This document shows positions 19,886-28,643 of a DNA stretch of 64,000 nucleotides, piece by piece; position 1 is the first letter of the stretch; every line of letters starts with the position of its first letter. Origin of the DNA: an uncultured delta proteobacterium (GTDB lineage: Bacteria > Myxococcota > Myxococcia > Myxococcales > Myxococcaceae); NCBI GenBank assembly GCA_963713045.1, contig CAVQKE010000001.1, forward strand, positions 416,001 to 480,000, in the 5' to 3' direction. Under the pieces are notes generated by a model. The model made no database searches. It saw only the letters and a list, made by a program, of their open reading frames with translations, and had not been told where the DNA came from. The translations under genes and the position numbers were made by a program.

Positions 19886-21138
19886 TGGGACGTCTCCAAC
19901 AGGGCCAGCCGGAGGCTTTCCAAGGCGGCCGCCGCCGAGAAGGTGCGCACCTGCTCGCGGTCGCCAAGAAACCGGTGCTTCTGAAAGCTGGTTCCGCGCG
20001 GGCCGGCCAGGGCGGTAAACACCGTCCCCACCGGCTTCTCTTCACTGCCGCCGTCCGGCCCGGCGATGCCGGTCACCGCCAGTCCCCAGGTGGCGCCGGT
20101 CGCCCGCCGGACGCCCTCCGCCATCTCTCTGGCCACCGCCTCGGAGACGGCGCCGTGGGCCTGTAGCGTCTCGGCGCGCACGCCCACCCAGGCCTCTTTC
20201 ATCGCGTTGGCGTACACCACCGCCCCCCCGGGAAACCAGGCGCTGGCGCCGGGAATGGCGGTCAGCAGGTCCGCGATGCGCCCTCCGGTGCAGCTCTCCG
20301 CCAGCGCCAGTGTTTCCCTGCGGGCGTGCAGCAGCGCTGCCAGCACCGCCGCATGGCCCTGGCCATCCTGGCCAAAAAGGTGCCGACCCAAAACGGCGCG
20401 GCTGGCCTCCTCCGCGGCAGCCAGCGCCGCGTCCGCTTCGGCCTGGGTGCGCCCGTGGGCCAGCAGCTTCAGGTGGTTTTCTGGCGCTTGGGTGCGGAAG
20501 CCGAAGGTGACGTCTGGATGGGCGGCCGCCACGCTGGCCACCCGGGCGTCGAGGTGCGACTCCGGCAGCCCCACGGTGCGCAGCAGCCGGAAGGCGAGGA
20601 AACGCCGGTCCGGGCGCTGCTCCCGCAGCTTGGCAATGCGGGGAAGCACCTCCGCATCCACCAGCTGCCGGTACTCGCGCGGGACGCCCGGGACGAAGAA
20701 GGCCGTCGCCCGGCCCAGCCGGAGGATGAACATCGGCGCGCTGCCATGGGGGTTGAGCACCACCTGCGCTCCGCGCGGAACCAGCGCCTGACGGCGGTTG
20801 TTGGCTGTCACCGTCAGGCCCCGGAGGGCAAAGCGGGCCTCCAGGGCGGCCATCGCCTCACGGCTCTCCACCAGGGGAACGCCCGCGGCCTCGGCTGCCG
20901 AGGCTGCGGTCAAGTCATCGGCGGTGGGCCCCAAGCCTCCGGAGACAAGCACCACGTCCGCCCGCGCGCCGAGGGTCGAAAGCGCCTCGACAATCTCCGC
21001 CTGGACGTCGCCGACGATGGTGGCCCGGGCCACCTGTTCCCCGCAGGCCAACAGCCGCTCCATGAAGTAGGGGCTGTTGGTGTCCACCGTCAGTCCGGTG
21101 AGGAGCTCATCGCCGGTGCAGAGGACTTCGAGGCGCAT
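19882..21138 (-). CDS. cinA: Competence/damage-inducible protein CinA (MoCF-binding domain + PncC NMN deamidase)
   Basis: GDELLTG..VDTN, GGLGPTADDLT, AESCTGG, GAVSE, TGIAGPDGG. Confidence 0.95.
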   Translation of the reverse strand: MRLEVLCTGDELLTGLTVDTNSPYFMERLLACGEQVARATIVGDVQAEIVEALSTLGARADVVLVSGGLGPTADDLTAASAAEAAGVPLVESREAMAALEARFALRGLTVTANNRRQALVPRGAQVVLNPHGSAPMFILRLGRATAFFVPGVPREYRQLVDAEVLPRIAKLREQRPDRRFLAFRLLRTVGLPESHLDARVASVAAAHPDVTFGFRTQAPENHLKLLAHGRTQAEADAALAAAEEASRAVLGRHLFGQDGQGHAAVLAALLHARRETLALAESCTGGRIADLLTAIPGASAWFPGGAVVYANAMKEAWVGVRAETLQAHGAVSEAVAREMAEGVRRATGATWGLAVTGIAGPDGGSEEKPVGTVFTALAGPRGTSFQKHRFLGDREQVRTFSAAAALESLRLALLETSQ

Positions 21139-21176
21139 GGCTTGGGGGGGAACGGCTTTTGAAGGGCAAGGCTTGG

Positions 21177-21998
21177 CTACAGGAAGTCCTGCTCGTCCGC
21201 TTCCTCATCCACCTCGCCGGCCTCGTCTTCCAGCACGCCCACTGCCGGCTGGACGCCGCGCGCGTGGAGGTGCCGGCCAAGCCACAGCCCAGACTCAACG
21301 AAGCCCAAGGCCAGGTAGCCGCAGAAGTACGTCACCAGCACGTAGGCCGGGTGCAGCCGGGTGGCGATGAGGACGCCGCTGATGCAGACGGCGCCAAAAA
21401 TGGAGAGCGACGCGGCATTGAGCCGAAGGTCTTTGAAGGTGCGGTAGCGAAGCGTGGACACCATCAGCAGCGACAGCACGCTCACCACCACCAGGTAGGG
21501 CACCCGGGCCCCCGTCCCCAACTCCCTGCCCCGAGTGAGGTAGTGAGCGATGACCACGCTGACGATGACGCCGGCGGCCAAGGGAATGGGCAGGCCGACG
21601 AAAAACCGCGAGCTCGCCGCCCGCTGCTGCGACAGCACGTTGAAGCGCGCCAGGCGCAGCGCTCCACAGGCCGTGTAGAAAAAGGCCACGAAAATGCCGA
21701 TGAAGCCCAACGGGGCGAGGGCCCATTTGTAGACCAGCATGGCCGGCGCAACGCCGAAGGAGATGACGTCCGCTAGGCTGTCCAGCTCAACGCCAAATTG
21801 GCTCTGGGTCCGGGTGAGGCGCGCCACGCGGCCGTCGAAGCCGTCAAAAAACATGGCGAAGAAAATGGCCAGCGCCGCCTGGTAAAGCTGGGTCGGGGAG
21901 GCGTCACCCGAGCACAGGGTAAGCGCATAGAACCCGCAGAAGATGGAGGTGACGGTGAAGAGGTTGGGCAGGACGAACTTGAGCTTGTGGAGCTTCAT
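21177..21998 (-). CDS. pssA: CDP-diacylglycerol--serine O-phosphatidyltransferase
   Basis: LPNLFT, DGFDGRVAR...FGVELDSLAD, LRLARFN, FVGLPIP. Confidence 0.93.
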   Translation of the reverse strand: MKLHKLKFVLPNLFTVTSIFCGFYALTLCSGDASPTQLYQAALAIFFAMFFDGFDGRVARLTRTQSQFGVELDSLADVISFGVAPAMLVYKWALAPLGFIGIFVAFFYTACGALRLARFNVLSQQRAASSRFFVGLPIPLAAGVIVSVVIAHYLTRGRELGTGARVPYLVVVSVLSLLMVSTLRYRTFKDLRLNAASLSIFGAVCISGVLIATRLHPAYVLVTYFCGYLALGFVESGLWLGRHLHARGVQPAVGVLEDEAGEVDEEADEQDFL

Positions 21999-22074
21999 CG
22001 AAGTTCCGGCCGCGGCGCTGCGGGACGACAGTGGACGGCTTCTGCCGGCGGGAGACGGCTTGGGACTATAGCCC

Positions 22075-23220
22075 ATGAATCTTGCCAGCGCTGGAGTGGT
22101 TTTGGTGGCGCTCGGCCTGGCGGCCGCGGTCTACCTGCGCGCCGTCCGGCATACCTACCGGCTGAAGGGCGAGCCACCGCAGCAGCTCTGGGCCCAAACC
22201 CGGGATGGCTGGCGAATTGCCCTCTACCGCAGGACGCCCAGCGTGCGGCGCTTCGGTGAGCCTGTCCTCTTGTGCCACGGGCTGGCCACCAACCATCTCA
22301 ACCTCGACTTTGACGCCCCCTACTCTCTGGCCCGCGCCTTCGCCGAGGCCGGATTCTGCGTCTACAGCTTGGACTGGCGAGGGGCTGGGGCCTCGCGCCC
22401 GCCGTCGGGACGCGGCCGCTTTGACTTCAATGCGGACCACCTCATTCAGCAAGATGCGCCGGCGGTGATGGACGTCCTTTTGAAGGAAACCGGCGCCGAG
22501 GAATGCTTCTGGGTAGGCCACTCCTTGGGTGGGCTGGTCGGCTACGCGGTGTTGGGCGGCGCCGAGGGCCGGCGCCTCAAAGGCCTGTGTGCGCTGGGGG
22601 CTCCGGTGTACTTCCACTACCCGCGCTGGCTCGCTCGCGCGATGCGGGTGTGCACCTGGCTGGCCTGGCCGGTGGCCTTCCGTCAGCGGCTGTTCAGCCT
22701 CGCCTGTGCGCCCTTCATGGGACGGCTGACGTTGCCGCTGTCCGACGTCCTGCTCAACCCCCAGGCCGTCGCGCCCGAGGTGCTGCGAAGCATCTACGCC
22801 AACCTGATTGACTCCATGGGCTACCGGCTGTTGCGCCAGCTCGACGACTGGACAGCCCACGACCGCTTCTGCAGCGCGGACGGCGCCACCGACTACCGCG
22901 CCCGACTGGGCGCCGTCACCCGGCCGGTGCTGGTGCTGGGCGGTACGCGAGACGGGCTGGCCCCTCCGACGGCCATCTCGGCGCAGGCCGCGCTGTTGGG
23001 GACGGCGGACAAGACGGTGATGCTCTTCGGCCGGGAAAACGGCGACCAACTCGACTATGGACATGGCGACTTGCTGTTCGGCCGCGGAGCGCCGAGGGAA
23101 GTGTACCCGCGAATTGTGTCCTGGGTGGCCGAGCGCGCGACGCCGCTGCCGCAGGGCGACAGGCCGCTCCGGCCTGAGGTGGCCGGTGGCGCCACAGGTG
23201 GGCTAGGCCTTCTGCCATGA
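22075..23220 (+). CDS. Alpha/beta hydrolase with N-terminal membrane anchor
   Basis: LCHGL, GHSLGG nucleophile elbow, DGLAP, YGHGDL. Confidence 0.88.
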   Translation: MNLASAGVVLVALGLAAAVYLRAVRHTYRLKGEPPQQLWAQTRDGWRIALYRRTPSVRRFGEPVLLCHGLATNHLNLDFDAPYSLARAFAEAGFCVYSLDWRGAGASRPPSGRGRFDFNADHLIQQDAPAVMDVLLKETGAEECFWVGHSLGGLVGYAVLGGAEGRRLKGLCALGAPVYFHYPRWLARAMRVCTWLAWPVAFRQRLFSLACAPFMGRLTLPLSDVLLNPQAVAPEVLRSIYANLIDSMGYRLLRQLDDWTAHDRFCSADGATDYRARLGAVTRPVLVLGGTRDGLAPPTAISAQAALLGTADKTVMLFGRENGDQLDYGHGDLLFGRGAPREVYPRIVSWVAERATPLPQGDRPLRPEVAGGATGGLGLLP

Positions 23221-23669
23221 CGTTGCTCGTCCGCCAGGCCACCGACGCTGACCTCCCGGCACTTTTGCCGATGATGGTGGACTTCAACCGCTTGGAGGGC
23301 ATCGCCTGGACGTTCGAGCGGGGCGAGGGCGCGCTGCGAAGCCTCCTCGGCAGCAGCGAGCTCGGCTTCGTCGGCTTGGCCGAGGTGGACCAGGTGCCGT
23401 GCGGCTACTTCGTCCTCACCTTCGGCTTTGACTTGGAGTGGAATGGCCGCGACGCCTTCCTCACCGAAATTTACCTGCGGGCAGAGGCGCGCGGCCGCGG
23501 ACTGGGGCGGCTGCTTCTGGAGGTCGCCGAGGCCACGGCCAAGTCGCGCGGCGCCCGGGCACTGCATTTGATGGTGCGGCCAGAAAACGCCCCGGCACTC
23601 GCCCTCTACCTGAAGCTGGGTTTCCAAGAACCTTCCCGGCGGCTTTTGAGCAAGCCCTTGGGCGAGTAG
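23217..23669 (+). CDS. GNAT N-acetyltransferase
   Basis: ARGRGLGRLL and N..ALALYLKLGF motifs. Confidence 0.9.
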   Translation: MTLLVRQATDADLPALLPMMVDFNRLEGIAWTFERGEGALRSLLGSSELGFVGLAEVDQVPCGYFVLTFGFDLEWNGRDAFLTEIYLRAEARGRGLGRLLLEVAEATAKSRGARALHLMVRPENAPALALYLKLGFQEPSRRLLSKPLGE

Positions 23670-23723
23670 CTGCCTCGGCCGCAGTCGCCGGTGCCGACAT
23701 AAGGGGCCTGTTGTCCCTTCGGC

Positions 23724-25211
23724 CTAGCGCGGGACCAGACGGGGCGGCGCCGCCAGCCTTTCAACGCACGGCAGGACGGGCAACTCCCCCGTCACCCCCC
23801 AGGCCTGCACCTGCGCGCCGCTCGCGCATTCTGCCCACAACAGGCCCTCGGTGGACCGCGCTTCAAAGGCGCGCAGCACCAACTGGGAATCGCCTTCCAC
23901 CACCGCCCCTGGCCCCTCCGAGGACAGCACCTGCACCTGGCTGGCGGTGAAGTGGGCACGCGTCTCGGCCACCAGCCCGGCGGTGTGGCAGCGCTCCAGC
24001 GTGGCGTTGGACAGCGCCACGTCGGCCCCTTCCGCCGCCCAGACGCACGCCCCGCCCGCGTCGTGGACGGTGAGTTGGTGCAGGCTGGCCCGTCCACCGC
24101 GCAGCTGCAGGCCTTCCCCCCCGCTGCCATTCGGCTCTCGGGTGTGCGCCACCACTGCGTCCGACACCGTGAGGCTGCCATCACGCTGCGAGACGCCGAC
24201 CCCGGCCACTCCGTCCACGTGCAACCCTTCCGCCACCACGTCGGAGGAGACGCATTGGAGGCCGCCCAACGTGCCGGCGGAGAGGATGGTGAGTTGGCGG
24301 AAATGCGCCTTGCTGTTCACCACCCCAACGCCGGCCCGGTCTGCGCGCGTCGAAGTGAAGTCCTCGGCGTCCACCACCGCGTCGGTCCCGGTCAGCAGGG
24401 CGTATTCTTGGCCAACCACCTGCACGCGGCGCAGGACCAGCGTCCCGCCGGCGACGTACAGCCCCGGCCCCCGACCCTCGGAAATGGTGACGTCAGACAG
24501 CTCCGCGCTTCCGCCCCGGAGGCGCAGCGCGGTGACCGAGCCGCGAAAGCCCGTCCGGGCGATGGCCAAGGCCAACGGCGCCTGTGCTTCGACGCCCCGT
24601 CCCCAGGGCCCGTCAAACGTGCAGCCAGACAGCTGGGCCCGGGCCGTGGGCTCGACGTCCAACGCCTCGCCACCGCTGACGCTGGCCTCGAAGCGGCAGT
24701 CCGAGGCCGACAGCGTCCCGCCGGACGCGACGAGGAGGGCCCCCTGGCGTTGCCCGCTGAAGTGCACCTGCGTGAGGCGCAGGCTCCCGCTGGTGTGTAG
24801 CCCCAGCGTGCCACCCTGGATGAGAATCCGCTCCAGGCTGAGGGCGCCCAGGGCCTCCAGCACCGTCACCCCGGCCGGCGCGGTGAGGACGGCCGCGCTG
24901 CCCCCGACGAGGGTGGTGGCGTCCGGGGCAGTGAAGGGGCCGTCGTACAACCCTGGTGCCAGGTGCACCCGCCGGCTGGCGGCAGGCACCGACAGCGCGT
25001 CCTGCAGCCGCCGCAGCGGCCGCGCAGCGCTTCCGTCTCCTCCATCGGCCCCAGAGGCGTCTACCCACACTTCCAGCGCCGGCGGAGCGGCGGGCATGGG
25101 CGCCAATTCAGCCGGCGCACGCGTCCGCTCGCCGGCGCAGGAGTGGACAAGCACCAAGGCGGCTGCGAGCAGCGCCGCCCAACCCCACCACGCGACACGA
25201 CGGGCGCTCAC
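23724..25211 (-). CDS. Exported right-handed beta-helix protein (DUF1565-like N-terminus)
   Basis: VWVDAS..DGGDGSAARP...VHLAPGLY followed by about 22-aa beta-helix repeats. Confidence 0.7.
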   Translation of the reverse strand: MSARRVAWWGWAALLAAALVLVHSCAGERTRAPAELAPMPAAPPALEVWVDASGADGGDGSAARPLRRLQDALSVPAASRRVHLAPGLYDGPFTAPDATTLVGGSAAVLTAPAGVTVLEALGALSLERILIQGGTLGLHTSGSLRLTQVHFSGQRQGALLVASGGTLSASDCRFEASVSGGEALDVEPTARAQLSGCTFDGPWGRGVEAQAPLALAIARTGFRGSVTALRLRGGSAELSDVTISEGRGPGLYVAGGTLVLRRVQVVGQEYALLTGTDAVVDAEDFTSTRADRAGVGVVNSKAHFRQLTILSAGTLGGLQCVSSDVVAEGLHVDGVAGVGVSQRDGSLTVSDAVVAHTREPNGSGGEGLQLRGGRASLHQLTVHDAGGACVWAAEGADVALSNATLERCHTAGLVAETRAHFTASQVQVLSSEGPGAVVEGDSQLVLRAFEARSTEGLLWAECASGAQVQAWGVTGELPVLPCVERLAAPPRLVPR

Positions 25212-25251
25212 TCTCGCCGGCGAGTGTAGCCGCCCTCCGGGCCGGCGCTGA

Positions 25252-26241
25252 CTACGCGCCCGGTTCGCCCGAGGCCACGGCTTTTGGCTTTTTCCCCTTG
25301 GGGTGCGGCCGTGGGGCGACCAGGACGACGGTGGGCGACGGCGCCCCCACCAATTTGCGGAACTCCCCGAGCGGGTCCCTCGGCACCCCGTCTCTCACAA
25401 ATTCAAAGTGGAGGTGCACCCCGGTGGCCGTGCCGGTGCGCCCGGCCAGGCCCAGCGCATCCCCCGGCTGCACCGGCGTCCCTTCGAGGACGAGGGGAGA
25501 GGCGAGGTGGCTGTAGCGCGTCATCAGGCCACCCGCGTGCTGGATTTCCACTTCATAGCCGTAGCCGGCGGTCCATCCGGCGCGCACCACCATGCCCGCC
25601 CCGGCGGCCAACACTGGCTCATTGGGGTCCGCTGCCAAGTCCACACCAGTGTGCAGCTTCCAGCGGCGCGCAATGGGATGAAGGCGCCTTCCGAAGCGAC
25701 TCGTCACCCGGACGCTGGACAGAGGCCAGCGGTAGCCGCCCGGTCGCACCGTCCTCGGGCTGGTCACTGCGAAGCGTGCGTCCAAGGCGGATAGCCGGGC
25801 CTGCACGCCCTGCAGAAGCGGCTCCGGTAGGTCCTCATAGGCCCGCGCGTCCAGCTCCAACACCGCCTGAAGCAGCGCCCGTGCGGCCGAGACGTCATCC
25901 GCCGATGTGTCTTCTGTCAGAAAGCGCTCGACGTCCGTCTGGACGGCCTCCCAGCGCGCCAGCTGCGCGCTGGACATGACATCTCCGGGCAAGGACGCCT
26001 CGCGCGCCGCCTGGGCTTCGGACACGAAGCCCACCAGCCGCTCGCGCAGGACGGGGCCGGGCAGGGGCTGGAGGGCGAGGGGCTCCACCGTTGGCGGTGG
26101 CGGCGGGGGCAATTGGGCCACCTCCGGCACCCCGTCGTGAAGGCGGCTGGGCTGCTGACGGCTGGACGGCAGCGCCGCCGGCTGAACGGTGGCGCAGCCA
26201 ACCAGGCCGACGGCAAGCAGCGTGGCTCGGGGAAGGGGCAA
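25252..26241 (-). CDS. M23 family peptidase lipoprotein
   Basis: Lipobox LVGC; HTGVD, YSHL, HLHFE. Confidence 0.9.
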   Translation of the reverse strand: MPLPRATLLAVGLVGCATVQPAALPSSRQQPSRLHDGVPEVAQLPPPPPPTVEPLALQPLPGPVLRERLVGFVSEAQAAREASLPGDVMSSAQLARWEAVQTDVERFLTEDTSADDVSAARALLQAVLELDARAYEDLPEPLLQGVQARLSALDARFAVTSPRTVRPGGYRWPLSSVRVTSRFGRRLHPIARRWKLHTGVDLAADPNEPVLAAGAGMVVRAGWTAGYGYEVEIQHAGGLMTRYSHLASPLVLEGTPVQPGDALGLAGRTGTATGVHLHFEFVRDGVPRDPLGEFRKLVGAPSPTVVLVAPRPHPKGKKPKAVASGEPGA

Positions 26242-26284
26242 GACGGCTGCGACTTCTACCTACAGCGGCCCCCCCTGCAAAGGC

Positions 26285-27349
26285 TTATGTGGTGGACGGC
26301 CCTGGCCCCTCCTCCGCCACGTCCGCCAAAAGCCGGCCCGCTGCCTCCAGGGCACGGTGCACGTCCTGTGCGCCCACGTCCAGGTGACAGACGAAGCGCA
26401 GCGTGCGGGGGCCGACCGCGTGTCCCAGCACACCCGAGGCCCGCAGGCTGGCCACCGCCCTGGGCGCCGGGCAGGGAAAGTCGACGTACACCATGTTGGT
26501 TTCCACCCGTGCCAGGTCCACCGTCACGCCCGGCAGCGCGGCCAGGCCCTCGGCCAGAAGCCGCGCGTGCCGGTGGTCTTCCTGAAGGCGCGCCAGGTGG
26601 TTTTCCAAGGCGTACAGGGCGCCAGCGGCCACGATGCCCGCCTGGCGCATGCCGCCGCCCAACCGCTTGCGTAACCGGCGGCCTTCGTGGATGAAGCCGC
26701 GGCTGCCCACCAGCACCGCGCCCACCGGCGCACCCAGGCCCTTGCTGAAGGACACGGTGGTGGAGTCCGACAATTCGGCCCAGCTGCGCGCCGGCGTCCC
26801 GGTGGCCACTTCGGCATTCCACAGCCGGGCCCCGTCGAGGTGGACCTTCAGGCGATGTTCTCGGGCGGCCTCCACCACCCGGCGGAAGGCCTCCAGCGGC
26901 CACACCGCGCCCCCGCCGCGGTTGTGGGTGTTTTCCACCATCAGCAGCCGGCTGCGCGGCGCATGGTCGTCATCGGGGCGAATGGCGGCCCGCACCTGCG
27001 CTTCAGAGAAAATGCCGCGCGGCGAGGGCAACGGGTAAATCTGCGCTCCCCACAGTGCCGCGGTGGCCCCTGCTTCGTAGTGCACGCCGTGGCTGTTGGC
27101 GTCCAGCAGCACCTCATCCCCGGGGCGGCAGAAGACGCCCACCGCAATTTGATTGCCCTGGGTGCCGGAGGGGACAAATAGGCCAGCCTCGTGCCCGAGG
27201 CGCTGCGCGGTGACTTCCTCCAGCTGGCGCACGGTGGGGTCCTCCCCGTAGACGTCATCCCCCACCTCGGCAGAGGCCATGGCGGCGCGCATCGCTGGGG
27301 TGGGACGGGTGACGGTGTCCGAGCGAAAGTCAGAGAAGGACGGGGGCAT
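26285..27349 (-). CDS. ltaE: Low-specificity L-threonine aldolase
   Basis: [32 protein letters not shown]. Confidence 0.95.
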   Translation of the reverse strand: MPPSFSDFRSDTVTRPTPAMRAAMASAEVGDDVYGEDPTVRQLEEVTAQRLGHEAGLFVPSGTQGNQIAVGVFCRPGDEVLLDANSHGVHYEAGATAALWGAQIYPLPSPRGIFSEAQVRAAIRPDDDHAPRSRLLMVENTHNRGGGAVWPLEAFRRVVEAAREHRLKVHLDGARLWNAEVATGTPARSWAELSDSTTVSFSKGLGAPVGAVLVGSRGFIHEGRRLRKRLGGGMRQAGIVAAGALYALENHLARLQEDHRHARLLAEGLAALPGVTVDLARVETNMVYVDFPCPAPRAVASLRASGVLGHAVGPRTLRFVCHLDVGAQDVHRALEAAGRLLADVAEEGPGPSTT

Positions 27350-27382
27350 GGGGGCGAAGGCTGGTTATAAGGCGGCGGCAGC

Positions 27383-28093
27383 ATGCCCCGCGAGAGCCAA
27401 GCCGCGCGACGGGAGCGCGCCCGCCGAGTGCTGGAGGCGCTCGACGTCGCCATGCCCGGGGCCCACATTGAGTTGGACTACAAGACGCCCTTCGAGTTGT
27501 TGGTGGCCGTCATCCTCGCCGCCCAGTGCACGGACAAGCGCGTGAATTTGGTGACGCCGGCCCTCTTCGCGCGCTTTCCGGACGCCAAGGCGATGGCGGC
27601 TGCGCCGACCCGCGCCTTAGAGCAGCTCATCCGAAGCTGCGGCTTCTTCCGCGCCAAGACGCGTGCCTTGAAGGGGATGTCCGAAGCACTGCTGGTTGGC
27701 TACGGCGGCCAGGTGCCGCCCAGCCGGGCCGCCCTGACCGCGCTGCCCGGCGTCGGCAACAAGACGGCCGGCGTGGTGAGTGTGCACGTGGGCGGAGAGC
27801 CAGCCTTTCCGGTGGACACCCACGTCAAACGCCTGGCGCGGCGCCTGGGCTTCAGCCGCAACCTGCTTCCGGACCGCATTGAGGAGGACCTCCAGGCCCT
27901 CTTCCCGAAGGAGGACTGGGCCAAGGGCCACCAGCTGTTGGTCTGGCACGGGCGGCGAACCTGTTTCGCCCGGAAGCCAGCCTGCGACCGCTGTGTGGTG
28001 GCAGCGCTGTGCCCCAAAGTGGGCGTGCCCAAGACCAAGCCGGCCACACCGGCCCGCGTCCGGGCAGCCGCCGGCCGCCCGCGCCTGGGTTAA
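27383..28093 (+). CDS. nth: Endonuclease III
   Basis: HhH LPGVGNKTA, PVDTHV, C-x6-C-x2-C-x5-C Fe-S motif. Confidence 0.96.
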   Translation: MPRESQAARRERARRVLEALDVAMPGAHIELDYKTPFELLVAVILAAQCTDKRVNLVTPALFARFPDAKAMAAAPTRALEQLIRSCGFFRAKTRALKGMSEALLVGYGGQVPPSRAALTALPGVGNKTAGVVSVHVGGEPAFPVDTHVKRLARRLGFSRNLLPDRIEEDLQALFPKEDWAKGHQLLVWHGRRTCFARKPACDRCVVAALCPKVGVPKTKPATPARVRAAAGRPRLG

Positions 28094-28635
28094 AGCGCCT
28101 CGCCGGGGGACACCGGCGGGGGGCCGGTCAAGGCGCGCTCGCGCTTGCGCCGGCGCATGCGCTGGCGGATGAGGACGCGCGTCAGCGGGGAGAGGTGGTC
28201 CAAGTACACCTTGCCAAGAAGGTGGTCCGTCTCGTGCTGCACGGCGATGGCCAGAAGGCCCTCGCAGAGGACGGACTGCGGTTGCCCCGTCTCGTCCAGG
28301 TACTCGACACGGACGCGTTCGGCGCGTTCCACCTCCTCGGCCTCGCCGGGAATGGAGAGGCAGCCCTCGCGGTAGACGGTGGTCCCCACCCTTTCCACGA
28401 GGCGGGGATTCACCATGGCGAAGGGCCGGGACTCGGGCTGTCTCGGCCGCGTGTCCAGGACCAGGACTTGGCGCAAGACCCCCAGCTGTGGGGCGGCCAG
28501 CCCCACACCCGGGGCGGCGTACATGGTGTCAAACAGGTCGCGGATGAGGGCCTGCACTGAAGCGTCCACCGCGTCCACTGGGGCTGCCGCTTTCCGCAGC
28601 GTGGGGTGGGGCCAGAGGAGAATGTCGCGCACCAT
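28090..28635 (-). CDS. def: Peptide deformylase
   Basis: GVGLAAPQ, EGCLS, QHETDH. Confidence 0.96.
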   Translation of the reverse strand: MVRDILLWPHPTLRKAAAPVDAVDASVQALIRDLFDTMYAAPGVGLAAPQLGVLRQVLVLDTRPRQPESRPFAMVNPRLVERVGTTVYREGCLSIPGEAEEVERAERVRVEYLDETGQPQSVLCEGLLAIAVQHETDHLLGKVYLDHLSPLTRVLIRQRMRRRKRERALTGPPPVSPGEAL

Positions 28636-28643
28636 GGTGGCAG

